DNA of 37,909 nt from contig JBMFKQ010000013.1 in NCBI GenBank assembly GCA_049972095.1, forward strand, positions 1-37,909, written 5' to 3'. The DNA comes from Elusimicrobiales bacterium (GTDB lineage Bacteria > Elusimicrobiota > Elusimicrobia > Elusimicrobiales > UBA9959). Below the pieces are notes generated by a model. That model saw nothing but the letters and a program-made list of their open reading frames with translations. It had not been told where the DNA came from and made no database searches. Made by a program: the position numbers and the translations under genes. This document shows, one piece after another, positions 20,006 to 30,228 of this stretch (its first letter is position 1; each line of letters begins with the position of its first letter).

Positions 20006-21062
20006 GTTTTCTATAGTTGGCATAGTTTTGTTCACTACCTTTCCTCTTGCTTGTCAGGTTAAGGAAGAGGTGGTGGCAAAGGTAAATGGGGAGCCAATTT
20101 ATCTTAGCGAGGTTGAGAAGATGAAGGAAAGTCTCAATCAACAGTATTATAATTACAGCCTTACCCCACCCTCCAATCAGGACCTTACAAGAACAGCAAT
20201 AGACAGAATTATTGAAGAAAAGATCTTAAAGCAGCAGGCTGATAAAGAAAAGATTAAGGTTTTTGACTGGGAGGTTAAAAGGGAGATAGATAACCTCAAA
20301 AAGAGTGTTGCTATGTCTGAGGGGATTGATGATCTTTCATCTCCAAAGGTTGAGACAAGCTTTATGGAAAAGCTCAAGGCACAGAATATGAGTATTGATC
20401 AACTTAAAGAGGATCTTAAGAAAAAAATACTTATTGAAAAGCTTATTAATCAAAAGGTTAAACCACTTATAGAAAAGCCATCGGAGGAAGAATTAAAAAA
20501 GTTTTTCAATGATATAGTTGCTGTTTCAAAAAAGACACATAATATGAATTTTTCTTCTGAGGATGAAAAAGAGTTTTATACAAACCTTGCTGAAAGAATG
20601 AATGAGATATTTGGTGAAAGGGTTAGATACAGACAAATAGTCATAAAGCCTCTATCATACAGTGATTTGGATAAAAAAAAGGCTGAGGAAAAAGCATCTT
20701 TGTTAAGGCAAAGAATAATAGAAGGAGAGGACTTTGAAGATATTGCAGCAAAGGAGTCAGCTGATAGTTTAAGTGCAAAAAATGGCGGTGATATGGGCTA
20801 TGTTTTCAGAGGCAATCTCCCCCCATCCCTTGAAGGTATTGTTTTCTCACTTAATGTTGGTGAGATCTCTAAACCCGTTTGGACAGATTTTGGGTGTCAC
20901 ATAATACAGGTGACTGAAAAAAAAATAGCAGAAAAACCAAAATTTGAAAAAATAAAACGAGAACTTGAAAATCTACTTTTTCAGAAAAGACTTTCCGAGG
21001 AGCTTGAAAGATATATAAAAGAGCTTAAGAAATCATCCTCAATAGAGATTTTTCAGAGATGA
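19989..21062 (+). CDS. SurA-like PPIase/chaperone (probable lipoprotein)
   Basis: PLAC lipobox-like, VVAKVNGEPI, EDFEDIAAKES.D..SA.NGGDMG, TDFGCHII; lies directly upstream of pdxA as in surA-pdxA operons. Confidence 0.85.
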   Translation: MRNINRFSIVGIVLFTTFPLACQVKEEVVAKVNGEPIYLSEVEKMKESLNQQYYNYSLTPPSNQDLTRTAIDRIIEEKILKQQADKEKIKVFDWEVKREIDNLKKSVAMSEGIDDLSSPKVETSFMEKLKAQNMSIDQLKEDLKKKILIEKLINQKVKPLIEKPSEEELKKFFNDIVAVSKKTHNMNFSSEDEKEFYTNLAERMNEIFGERVRYRQIVIKPLSYSDLDKKKAEEKASLLRQRIIEGEDFEDIAAKESADSLSAKNGGDMGYVFRGNLPPSLEGIVFSLNVGEISKPVWTDFGCHIIQVTEKKIAEKPKFEKIKRELENLLFQKRLSEELERYIKELKKSSSIEIFQR

Positions 21063-21967
21063 CGGTCCTCATAACTCAGGGGGATCCGAGGGGAATTGGA
21101 GCTGAGGTAGCTGTTAAGGCTTTAAAACTTCTCGACTCATCATTGAGAAAAAGAGTGGTTCTTATTGGTGTGAAGAATTTTTTTTTAAAAGCAGGCTGGA
21201 CACCAACACTCTGTGCAATTTTACCTGTTGAGATACCATACACATCTGATGAAAAAAAGTATGCTGGTCTTAGTTCTTTTCGCTCGTTTGAGGTTGCCGT
21301 AAAGCTAATAAAAAATCGTTGTGCTTCTGCTGTTGTTACATCTCCTATCTCAAAAGAAGCCTGGCTTTATTCTGGCACTGGATTTAATGGGCATACAGAC
21401 TATTTCAGGAAGGTATTTAAAAAGGATGTGTTGATGAGTTTTAAGAAGGGAAAAATAATATCAGCTGTTGTATGTGAGCATATTCCCTTAAAAGAGGTAA
21501 GTCGTTATGTTAAGAAAAAAAACTTAATAAACAAAATAACCCTTCTTCACTCACTGCTTTTAAGATTAGGAATAAAAAAACCATCTATAGCTGTAAGTGG
21601 ACTTAATCCTCATTGTGGTGAAAATGGAAACATATCTACGGAAGAAATCAGTGAGATAATACCTGCTGTGAAATATTTTAAGCTTAAAAGTAAGAAAGTT
21701 AGCGGTCCTTTTAACCCAGACGACTGTTTAAGGATGAATATTGAGGGAAGGGTGGATGCATCTCTTTTTATGTATCATGATCAGCTTATTCCCCTTCTTA
21801 AAGTCCTTAGTCTAAACAAAAATGACATAGTTCATATAACATGGGGGCTTGGTTTTGTAAGAACCTCTCCTACGCATGGAACTGCTTATGATATAGCATG
21901 GAAAAATAAAGCTGATTGCACATCAATGCTTGAGGCAATCAAAACGGCTTTCAGCCTTCTGTTATGA
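21059..21967 (+). CDS. pdxA: 4-hydroxythreonine-4-phosphate dehydrogenase (PdxA family)
   Basis: GDPRGIGAE, GHTDY, HIPL, GLNPHCGE, MYHDQ, RTSPTHGTAYDIA. Confidence 0.9.
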   Translation: MTVLITQGDPRGIGAEVAVKALKLLDSSLRKRVVLIGVKNFFLKAGWTPTLCAILPVEIPYTSDEKKYAGLSSFRSFEVAVKLIKNRCASAVVTSPISKEAWLYSGTGFNGHTDYFRKVFKKDVLMSFKKGKIISAVVCEHIPLKEVSRYVKKKNLINKITLLHSLLLRLGIKKPSIAVSGLNPHCGENGNISTEEISEIIPAVKYFKLKSKKVSGPFNPDDCLRMNIEGRVDASLFMYHDQLIPLLKVLSLNKNDIVHITWGLGFVRTSPTHGTAYDIAWKNKADCTSMLEAIKTAFSLLL

Positions 21968-22714
21968 TTGAACTTCAACTACAAAAGGAGATCTGATTAT
22001 AAGTTTGATTTTGTCAAGTGGGATGCTCCCTTTTATTCTTATCACTGAAAATCTGTATTTTTTATCCTCAGATAGTATCTCAAGATTCTCTCTTCTAAAT
22101 CCGTATTCAGAAAGCTTGGTGATAAATCTGTCTATAAAGACAGTTAGACTTCTGTTGTTTGGAACCTTAACGGTTATTAAAAGGCTTATGGGTGGAGCGG
22201 AAAGCTTTCTTGATGATATGCTGACTCTCTCTACCCCTTTTATCTTAAAAAGTGAGTTGAAATAAGAATCGCATACCCATCCGAATATCACAGTATTTTT
22301 GCTCTCTCTACTGGTCTCCTCCCCTGCCATAAGAAATCCAATGGATGAAAGCTTTTTTATAACATCTAAATATTCATTCTTGTCAACAGTCACATCAACC
22401 ATTGTGTATGTTTTTAGTATTGTGTTTTTTGATGGCAGTGTTATATAATAAGAAAGTGGACCAGAGGTGTTTTGTTTTTTGAGATCATAGTGAAGTGGTA
22501 TTTCTGTATAGTCTGGCTGTGGAATAAGGGTGTATGTGAATATTTTATCTTTCAGAAATGATGTGCTTGTTTGTGTTATTGATGATGGAGAGTCTCTTAA
22601 AGGGTCATCCTTGAGATAGCCATATCTCTTCTCAAAGTATCTTTCAAGCTCAGGATCTATTGTTTGAGAAAAAATACCTGAGAGAGAAAAAATAAAAACT
22701 AACAATCCCATCAT
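21962..22714 (-). CDS. Hypothetical secreted protein with two tandem ferredoxin-like (propeptide-like) domains
   Basis: Signal peptide, then two ~65-75-aa units each with 'KLS..GF...G.....l....V..V'. Confidence 0.65.
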   Translation of the reverse strand: MMGLLVFIFSLSGIFSQTIDPELERYFEKRYGYLKDDPLRDSPSSITQTSTSFLKDKIFTYTLIPQPDYTEIPLHYDLKKQNTSGPLSYYITLPSKNTILKTYTMVDVTVDKNEYLDVIKKLSSIGFLMAGEETSRESKNTVIFGWVCDSYFNSLFKIKGVERVSISSRKLSAPPISLLITVKVPNNRSLTVFIDRFITKLSEYGFRRENLEILSEDKKYRFSVIRIKGSIPLDKIKLIIRSPFVVEVQS

Positions 22715-22771
22715 CTTCTCTAAAGAATTCTCCTTTTATTCATACAATTGCAAACACTTCTATCTAAAAAA

Positions 22772-22861
22772 ATTATAACAATACTCTGTTTATCCTTTAA
22801 GGGACCTTGAGGGTAGTAATATAAGGTTTTTGGTCCCACCGGCTAATAGGACCTAATGGAA
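22772..22861 (-). promoter_or_regulatory. Extended -10 promoter with an upstream array of GGAC-type motifs
   Basis: Perfect TGTTATAAT (22780-22772); motifs starting at 22801 (GGGACCTTGAGGGT), 22824 (AGGTTTTTGGTCCC) and 22848 (AGGACCTAATGGAA). Confidence 0.6.
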
Positions 22862-22924
22862 TATAAAAATGGATTTAGACTTAAAAGGACTTCCACCTTC
22901 AGATGTGAGTATTTTTCTATCTTA

Positions 22925-24802
22925 TCACTCGCCTATTATAAGATAATCCTCACCTTCTTCCAATGATGAGCTGTTTGGTTGGCTTTTAGTATCAGTGATG
23001 CTTTCAACTATAACCCCTGATTCTTTATTTTGATCATTGAGGTGAGCCTTAGAGTCTTTTAGTTTTACTTTTGATTTTTTGATGTTTTTTCTAATGCTTT
23101 TTCCTTTTTCCGAACCTTCCATAAGCATTTTTAATGTGTTTGCTGAAAGTGTGTTTAGGGGCTGAAGGATCTTTGTTTTGTGATCAAACTCAAATCTAAA
23201 TTCAACTGGCTTTAAAGCCTTTGCAGTAACTGTTATAAGATATTTTCCATCATCTTGTAGCTTAGCATCCCACTTCAGTGTTGATAAATCACCCTTCTTT
23301 GATTTTAAAATCATCTTTATGGTTGTATCAAGATTGTATGGGGATTTTATTCTATAATCCTTTACCTCATTTATTATTGTTTCGAGTGATATCTCCTGCT
23401 CTTTATCTTCTTCGTGGTCCATTTGCTGAACCTTTTGCGACTCAATAGGTATTGTAGCTTCAACAGATGATGTGTCATTAACAACACTCTCAGCATTAGA
23501 TCCTTCTTGAATAGCTTGCTGGGATGGAGTTGGTTGCTCAATAGTCATTTGTGGATTTTTTGATTTTAAAAAAGATGTGAAGTCAAAAATGCCAAGATGT
23601 TTAACTGCAAACAGAACTGAAAAAACCATAGCAATACTTACAAAAAAACCAACGATTACTTTTAATACCTTTGGTTTTTTCTTTTCACTCTTAGCTACGC
23701 TAACACTTGCTTTTGACTCCTGTGGTGTAGTAGATTTGTTATCAGCTATCTTTTCTCTCACAAGGGGGGCAATTGGAGCTTTTGTTTTGTTTTCAATTCC
23801 TTCATATTTTAGTTTTAAGTCTTTTATTTCTATCTCAAGATGTGAAACAAGTGTTTTTAGTTCATCAATATCTTTTTTGAATGAATCATCAATCTTTACT
23901 GAGAGAGGAGCTGTTGAGGATGATATGGATGAAATCTTTTTCTCTATCTCATTGAGAATATCATCTTTAAGTTTTGAGCTATCAAAGGACTGATTTTGCA
24001 CTATAGCTTGATTCCTAAATTTTTCTTCCAGATATGACATTTTTTCATTGATAGCTGTTGACAACTCATCAACCAAACTCTTTTTAATCTTACCAATCTT
24101 TGAATCTATTATCTTATCAACATCATCTGTTTTGATTGTGTGTATCTTTTCTTGTGGCTCAGATATTTCTGATGCATTGAGAGAAAACTCTTTTGTCTCT
24201 GTTTTAAAGCCTTCAACCTGAGTTTTATCACCCTCTACCATTGTCTGTTGTGGTTGTATATCAGTGCTTTGAGCTTCTTTGAGAAGTTCATCTGTTGATG
24301 GAATTTCAAAGATCTCATCTTGTAGTCCCTTACTCTCTTTTTTAAGTTCAGTAGGCTGATTAACCGATATTTCGGTAGTTTTTTTTTGCTCCTCATGAGG
24401 TTTATCAGTGCTGGTCATATTTTCTGATATAGCATCCATCCTTTTTCTTATCTGTGAAAGTGTTAGTGGATCCGTTGATGGCATATAGGAACTGATATCA
24501 GAATCAGAGGCAGGTGTAAATATGTTTTCAACGCTAAATCTCTCTATTATTACATCTTCTTTCTTTTCAGTCTTTGAAAGCTCTTCTGCTTCAGTTTTTT
24601 TATCACCTTCAGATGGAAGATTTGATGATATCAGCAGTGCTATATCAGCTATTTCTCTTGCTTCCTTCCACTCCTTTGTATCCTCCTCAACAGGAGATTG
24701 AGGGCATACGAGGGTTTGGGGAGAAAAACCTTCAATTTTTATAAGCTCATCAGCTTCAAATGGACCCTTTATCTCATTGTTTATATAAGCCCAGTACTTC
24801 AT
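22925..24802 (-). CDS. GYF_2 (DUF4339-like) domain membrane protein
   Basis: MKYWAYINNEIKGPF....L......PQTLVC...W N-terminus, acidic linker, coiled coil, single TM, C-terminal domain. Confidence 0.7.
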   Translation of the reverse strand: MKYWAYINNEIKGPFEADELIKIEGFSPQTLVCPQSPVEEDTKEWKEAREIADIALLISSNLPSEGDKKTEAEELSKTEKKEDVIIERFSVENIFTPASDSDISSYMPSTDPLTLSQIRKRMDAISENMTSTDKPHEEQKKTTEISVNQPTELKKESKGLQDEIFEIPSTDELLKEAQSTDIQPQQTMVEGDKTQVEGFKTETKEFSLNASEISEPQEKIHTIKTDDVDKIIDSKIGKIKKSLVDELSTAINEKMSYLEEKFRNQAIVQNQSFDSSKLKDDILNEIEKKISSISSSTAPLSVKIDDSFKKDIDELKTLVSHLEIEIKDLKLKYEGIENKTKAPIAPLVREKIADNKSTTPQESKASVSVAKSEKKKPKVLKVIVGFFVSIAMVFSVLFAVKHLGIFDFTSFLKSKNPQMTIEQPTPSQQAIQEGSNAESVVNDTSSVEATIPIESQKVQQMDHEEDKEQEISLETIINEVKDYRIKSPYNLDTTIKMILKSKKGDLSTLKWDAKLQDDGKYLITVTAKALKPVEFRFEFDHKTKILQPLNTLSANTLKMLMEGSEKGKSIRKNIKKSKVKLKDSKAHLNDQNKESGVIVESITDTKSQPNSSSLEEGEDYLIIGE

Positions 24803-24853
24803 ATAAAAAATTATAAAACTACCATATTACAAAAATATGAACTTTATTTAAAA

Positions 24854-26092
24854 CTATTTCATCTCGTTAAGTATGAAAAGTGTTTTAAGAAATACCTTTG
24901 CATCATCCATTATATTTGATATATAACAGTATTCATTTGGCTGATGAGCTGTTTCGTTGAGTTTAGAATAAACCACCGTTGGAAGCCCAAGCCTTCTAAA
25001 GTATGCTGCAACAGTTCCACCACCTATTCCATAAACAGATGGCTTAATATTTAAAACCTCTTTTATTGCCTGTTTCAAAGCCAGAACTATTGGACTTTTA
25101 GGATCAGTTGGTGGAGCCGAATAGGATTTTTGAACATACTCAAAGTTTATCTGAACACCATATTTCTTTTCAATCTCATCAGCAATCTTTCTTAATTTTT
25201 TTTCAACATCCTCAAGTTTATATTCAGGCAAAACCCTCATATCTACATAAAATACATCCTCACCTGGTATTGTGTTTACATTGGGGACATTTGCTTCTTT
25301 CTTTGTTGGTTCAAATGTTGACATCGGTGGTTGGTAAAGCCTATTTTTTTTACTGAATATTTTATAAAGATCATCAACCTTTACTGCAAGGTGACTTGCT
25401 GCCTTAAATGCATTTTTACCAAGCTGTGGTCTTGATGCATGACATTGCTTTCCAATGGTTTTTACTTTAAGCCACAGAATTGACTTCTCTGCAATCTCTA
25501 TCTTTGAACCATCCTCAACACCGCTGTCTGGCACAAAAAACATATCATCTTTTGAGAAGAGATCCTTTCTTTTTTTAACAACATAATCTGCCCCATAACC
25601 AGAGCCTGTTTCCTCATCAGCACAGAAAAGAAGTGCTATATTGAATTTGAATCTTATATTGTTTTCCATAAGTTTCTTCATAACAAGCAATGATGAGACT
25701 ATTGCCTGCTGATTATCCTCAACCCCCCTTCCAATAATCTTATCATCATCAACAACAATCTTGTATGGCTCTGACTTCCATAGTGAAAGTTCACCTGGTG
25801 GCACAACATCAATATGTGACATAAACCATATAGTTTTATTTGTTTTTTTGTCAGCATTATAAAAAACAGCAATGTTTGGTCTTATGCTGTTTTTAGCCCT
25901 TTTATCAGGAGCATCTATTCTTTCTATTCTATCAAACCTGTATTTTTTTAGCTCATTCATTAAAAACTCTGCCTTATCATATTCACCTTCACCACCATTA
26001 TCCGGTGATATTGCAGGTTTTTTTGTAAGCTCATCTTGTAGGTATATTATATAATCTTTCTCTTTATTGATTGAGCTTATCACACTGTCCAT
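24854..26092 (-). CDS. M20 family metallo-hydrolase (DapE/ArgE-like)
   Basis: SHIDVVP, GRGVEDN, ADEETGS, GKQCHAS, GGGT, AHQPNE. Confidence 0.9.
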   Translation of the reverse strand: MDSVISSINKEKDYIIYLQDELTKKPAISPDNGGEGEYDKAEFLMNELKKYRFDRIERIDAPDKRAKNSIRPNIAVFYNADKKTNKTIWFMSHIDVVPPGELSLWKSEPYKIVVDDDKIIGRGVEDNQQAIVSSLLVMKKLMENNIRFKFNIALLFCADEETGSGYGADYVVKKRKDLFSKDDMFFVPDSGVEDGSKIEIAEKSILWLKVKTIGKQCHASRPQLGKNAFKAASHLAVKVDDLYKIFSKKNRLYQPPMSTFEPTKKEANVPNVNTIPGEDVFYVDMRVLPEYKLEDVEKKLRKIADEIEKKYGVQINFEYVQKSYSAPPTDPKSPIVLALKQAIKEVLNIKPSVYGIGGGTVAAYFRRLGLPTVVYSKLNETAHQPNEYCYISNIMDDAKVFLKTLFILNEMK

Positions 26093-26101
26093 AAATCCTC
26101 C

Positions 26102-28513
26102 TCAAAAAGTTTTTCTATATTTTTGAAAGAAGGCATCATCTGAGTAGCATTCCGGATCTGTGCCATTTTCAAATGAATATTTAAGGGCATCTATCTGCAT
26201 ATCTTTTAGTTTATCTCTAACCCATCCACCTCTTGATTGTATTCTATCAACCCTATCTATAACATCCATAGCTATACTAAATCTATCAATCTGATTAAGT
26301 ATTGCAAGCTGTAGAGGGGTTGTTATTCCACCTCTTCCTTTAAGAAACGCTGTAATATGAGCTGCATCTATACCTATCCTTCTATTCTCTCTATAACCTC
26401 TAACATGCATATTTGAATGATTATTTCTTCTATAAGTTAGTCTGTGTATAAGCCATGGGTATCCATGAAAGTTGAATATAATAGGTTTATCCTTTGTAAA
26501 GTATGAGTCAAAATAGCTGTCAGAAAGACCGTCTGGATGTTCTGTGTCAGGGGTAAGTCTGAAGAGATTTATAACATTGACAAATCTTATTGATAAATCA
26601 GGGAAATACTCTTTAAGTATAAAAGAAGCTGCAACAGCCTCTTTTGTGGGTATATCTCCGCAGGAGGCAATAACCACATCAGGTTCTCTATCAAGGTTTG
26701 ATGATGCAAAATCCCATATTCCTATTCCCTTAACAACATGATCAAATGCCTTTGATGGTGAGAGATATTGTATGTGCTTTTGCTTGTCTATTATGATTAT
26801 GTTTATTCTATTTGTCGATTTGAAGCATATCTCAGCAATATGAAGTAGGGTATTTGCATCTGGTGGAAAATAAAGCCTTACAACCCCTGGCCATTTGTCA
26901 ACTATTGAGTTTATAAATCCAGGGTCTTGATGTGTAAAGCCATTATGATCCTGTCTCCAAACCACAGAGGTTAGTAATATATTTAGTGAAGATATCGGTT
27001 GTCTCCATGAAAGATCTGATGATATATCAAGCCACTTTCCAAACTGATTTACCATTGAAGATATTATTGGAGCAAAACCCTCATATGTGTTTAAGATGCC
27101 ATGTCTTCCTGTAAGAAGATATCCTTCAAGCATCCCCTCTATTGTATGCTCTGAAAGCATCTCTATGGTTCTTCCAAAAGGATCGAGCCATCCTTCATCC
27201 AGATCCTTTTCAATTCTTTTTTCCATCCACACCTTACCAAACTCAAATACATCGGAAAGTTTGTTTGAATGAGTTTCATCAGGTCCAAATACTCTAAAGT
27301 TATGCGGATTGTTTCTTATTATCTCCTTAAGCATCTTTCCAAGAGGTCTTGTATTTTCATATGTAAGCGAAAGAGGTTCTTCAATATTTAAAAAACAGTT
27401 TTCTATACCCTTTATAAGAAGTGGTTTTCTTAAAGTCCCACCATTTGAATATCTACTTTTGCTCATCTTTTTTTCATCGGATGGAATAAGCTTTTTTATT
27501 TCTTCATTTATTCTTCCATTGTCATCGAATAATTTTGATGGTTCGTAGCTCTTCAGCCATTCCTCAAGCTTCTTTAATGCGTCATCATCTTTTTTTGCAT
27601 CAGATAATGGAACCTGATGTGCCCTCCAATAATCCTCTATAAAATGACCCTTAAAATATTTTGGTGCCCCAAAGCCTTTTGGCATCTTTAGGATAATCAT
27701 TGGCCATTTTGGTCTGAATGGTTTTTTTGAGCCTCTTGCCTCTTCCCATATCTCATATATTTTTTTAAAAGCACTATCCATTGCCAGATACATCATCTCA
27801 TGAAGTTCATCCTCAGACGAAGCATTTACAATGATGGAGGAGTAACCATATCCTTCAAAAAGCTTTAAAAGCTCTTCCTCATCAATCCTTGAAAGCAGCG
27901 TTGGGTTGTTTATTTTATATCCATTTAGAAGAAGGATTGGTAAAACTGCGCCATCCCTTACAGGATTTATAAACTTGTTTCCATGCCATGATGTAGCAAG
28001 CGGTGCTGTTTCAGCCTCACCATCCCCCACAACGCATACAACTATAAGATTTGGGTTATCAAATGCAGCACCAAATGAATGTGAAAGGGCATATCCAAGC
28101 TCCCCCCCTTCTTGAATTGTTCCGGGAAGATCTGGTGTGCAGTGGCTCCCAAGCCCCCCTGGAAAAGAAAAGGATTTAAAAAGAAGCTTTAACCCTTCCT
28201 CATCCTGAGAAAACTGTGGGTAATAGTCAGTTAAAGTTCCTTCAATATAAACAGGGGCGATATATCCGGGTGCTCCATGACCTGGACCTACAACAAAAAG
28301 GCAATCTGAGTTATATTTTTTTATCATCTGATTTGTGTGTATGTAGGCAAAACTTATACCAGGACTTGCTCCCCAGTGTCCCAAAAGTCTGTCTTTTATA
28401 TGCTCTTTTTTAAGGGGCTCTTTTAAGAGAGGATTATCCTTTAGATAGATCATACCGCAGGCAATATAATTACATGCCTTCCAGTAGAGTTTAATCTTCT
28501 CAGAAACCAGCAT
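26102..28513 (-). CDS. xfp: Phosphoketolase (xylulose-5-P/fructose-6-P)
   Basis: LLGHWG, GPGHG, EGGELGY, VGDGEAET TPP-binding motif, GPDET.SN, LSEH, QDHNGFTHQDPG, FHGYP. Confidence 0.95.
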   Translation of the reverse strand: MLVSEKIKLYWKACNYIACGMIYLKDNPLLKEPLKKEHIKDRLLGHWGASPGISFAYIHTNQMIKKYNSDCLFVVGPGHGAPGYIAPVYIEGTLTDYYPQFSQDEEGLKLLFKSFSFPGGLGSHCTPDLPGTIQEGGELGYALSHSFGAAFDNPNLIVVCVVGDGEAETAPLATSWHGNKFINPVRDGAVLPILLLNGYKINNPTLLSRIDEEELLKLFEGYGYSSIIVNASSEDELHEMMYLAMDSAFKKIYEIWEEARGSKKPFRPKWPMIILKMPKGFGAPKYFKGHFIEDYWRAHQVPLSDAKKDDDALKKLEEWLKSYEPSKLFDDNGRINEEIKKLIPSDEKKMSKSRYSNGGTLRKPLLIKGIENCFLNIEEPLSLTYENTRPLGKMLKEIIRNNPHNFRVFGPDETHSNKLSDVFEFGKVWMEKRIEKDLDEGWLDPFGRTIEMLSEHTIEGMLEGYLLTGRHGILNTYEGFAPIISSMVNQFGKWLDISSDLSWRQPISSLNILLTSVVWRQDHNGFTHQDPGFINSIVDKWPGVVRLYFPPDANTLLHIAEICFKSTNRINIIIIDKQKHIQYLSPSKAFDHVVKGIGIWDFASSNLDREPDVVIASCGDIPTKEAVAASFILKEYFPDLSIRFVNVINLFRLTPDTEHPDGLSDSYFDSYFTKDKPIIFNFHGYPWLIHRLTYRRNNHSNMHVRGYRENRRIGIDAAHITAFLKGRGGITTPLQLAILNQIDRFSIAMDVIDRVDRIQSRGGWVRDKLKDMQIDALKYSFENGTDPECYSDDAFFQKYRKTF

Positions 28514-28547
28514 CTTTTCACCTCCTAAACTAATTCTACAAAAAATT

Positions 28548-29252
28548 TTAAATTATTCTATTTTTAGCAAAGCTAAACGAGTCATCTCTGTCTTTACCTG
28601 TTATTATATGATCAAGGAGGTGTATATTTAAAAGTTCAAGAGCTGACTTTATCTTTTTTGTAAGCTCAATATCATTTCTCGATGGCTCAGTGTCACCAGA
28701 AGGATGATTATGAAATATTATAACAGATGAGGCATTCTTAATTGTTGCAAGACGCACAATCTCCTTAGAATCAACAACTGTTGCATTTGAAGAACCACTG
28801 CTCAAAAGAAGAGTTTCAATGGGTGAGTTTTTATTGTTTAAAAGAAGAATATAGAAATACTCTTTTTCTCTGTCTCTTAGATATATCCCTTCAGTTTCAA
28901 ATATATAATCAATTGCATCATTAAGTGATGTTATCTTTTTTGTTTTTTTCCTCTCCTCCTTCAAAAGTCTTCTACCAAGCTCAAAGGCAGATTTGATCTG
29001 AGCAGCTTTTGAGAATCCTATCCCTTTTATCTTTGAAAGCTCATGCGCACTCATTTTATCCAAAGCATTCAGCGAGCCAAAGCTATTTAATAGCTCAAGT
29101 GCAAGATCCTTTGCGCTTTTTCCTTTGGTGCCTGTTCTAAGAATTATTGCAAGAAGATCTGTTGTTGATATGTTTTCAGCTCCCTTTTCAAAAAGCTTTT
29201 CTCTCGGCCTTTCTTCTTTGATCCACTTGTTTATTGGTAACCTTTTATTCAT
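28548..29252 (-). CDS. radC: RadC (JAB domain) family protein
   Basis: ERPREKL, LLAIILRTG, HhH KGIG, HNHPSG...PS..D, LLDHII. Confidence 0.93.
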   Translation of the reverse strand: MNKRLPINKWIKEERPREKLFEKGAENISTTDLLAIILRTGTKGKSAKDLALELLNSFGSLNALDKMSAHELSKIKGIGFSKAAQIKSAFELGRRLLKEERKKTKKITSLNDAIDYIFETEGIYLRDREKEYFYILLLNNKNSPIETLLLSSGSSNATVVDSKEIVRLATIKNASSVIIFHNHPSGDTEPSRNDIELTKKIKSALELLNIHLLDHIITGKDRDDSFSFAKNRII

Positions 29253-29372
29253 CGCTTAACCTATTTTTTGTATATTATTTTAAAATTAAAACCAATAATT
29301 CTATTCTACATTAAAATCTATCTCTTTGAAAACTCAGTTTTCGTAAAACTCAAAAGGGCAAATCCCCTTTAT

Positions 29373-30140
29373 TCAGGTTGCAAAAACTATATAGAAAACA
29401 GCAACAAAGTTTTTTATTGAATGTATTATAATAGGCACAGACAGATTTCCTTCTCTTTCATAAGCATAACATAACAAACAACCAGCAAAAAAACTTACGA
29501 TAATTTCTGGGAAGTGAAGGAAAGCAAAAATCAAAGAACAAATAAGCATTGATAACTTAAAAGAAAATTTTTTCCTTAAAGCAACATAAAGAAATCTCCT
29601 ATAAAAGATTTCTTCCGTAACGGGAGTCAAAACACATAGAGAAAACACATAAAGGCAAAAATCAGTTTTTTTATATAAAAATTTATCTCTTAAATTTAAT
29701 TCAAATAAAGAATATGAAGTATTTAGAATTCCATCAATTGTCTTTTCTTCGCCAAATACCTTTGATGCCAGTCCAAAAGAAACTGAAAAGATAAAAACCA
29801 ACAACAGAAATACCAAGAGATATATTAACGAAGCAAATAAATATTTCTTTATATTTCTCAGGTTATAACGAAAAAGGATTGTAAGCTTATGAAAGTTATA
29901 GTTTATTTTTTTGAAGAAAAAGATTAAAAAAAACATTGTAAGAAAATTCTTAAAAAGATGCCAACAAATACTGAAATTTTCTTCAAAGAAAAAGCCAACC
30001 AGGACACTTAAAAAAATAATTAAAAAAACTGATATGCCCCATAAAGATAAAGAAACACTTTCCTTCTGCAAAATTTCTTTACTATCCAATGAAAAAATAT
30101 CAGTGAAAAAAAACTGATCAATTAAATTTACTTTGTTCAT
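29373..30140 (-). CDS. CPBP (CAAX/Abi) family intramembrane metalloprotease
   Basis: P..EEIFYR, FAFLH and H...N motifs; multiple TMs; markedly more AT-rich than its neighbours. Confidence 0.85.
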   Translation of the reverse strand: MNKVNLIDQFFFTDIFSLDSKEILQKESVSLSLWGISVFLIIFLSVLVGFFFEENFSICWHLFKNFLTMFFLIFFFKKINYNFHKLTILFRYNLRNIKKYLFASLIYLLVFLLLVFIFSVSFGLASKVFGEEKTIDGILNTSYSLFELNLRDKFLYKKTDFCLYVFSLCVLTPVTEEIFYRRFLYVALRKKFSFKLSMLICSLIFAFLHFPEIIVSFFAGCLLCYAYEREGNLSVPIIIHSIKNFVAVFYIVFAT

Positions 30141-30145
30141 ATAAA

Positions 30146-30183
30146 TAAAATGAGGCTGCCTTCTTCAACGCAGCCTCATTTTA
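30146..30183 (-). terminator. Intrinsic terminator-like hairpin downstream of clostripain
   Basis: 14-bp perfect inverted repeat TAAAATGAGGCTGC / GCAGCCTCATTTTA with a 10-nt loop and T-runs on both strands. Confidence 0.75.
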
Positions 30184-30228
30184 AAGATTTCACCTTGCAG
30201 AAAAGATGAGTTTTGATTTTCTTCCTAT

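Noticed and set aside
29328..29350. GAAAACT-C-AGTTTTC palindrome followed by AGTTTTCGTAAAACT, resembling the parS variant
   Set aside because: The CACGTG core is missing and the spacing differs; plausible by chance in AT-rich DNA.
29353..29370. Hairpin AAAGGG-CAAATC-CCCTTT after the CPBP gene as a terminator
   Set aside because: The stem has only three GC pairs; possible but too weak to call.
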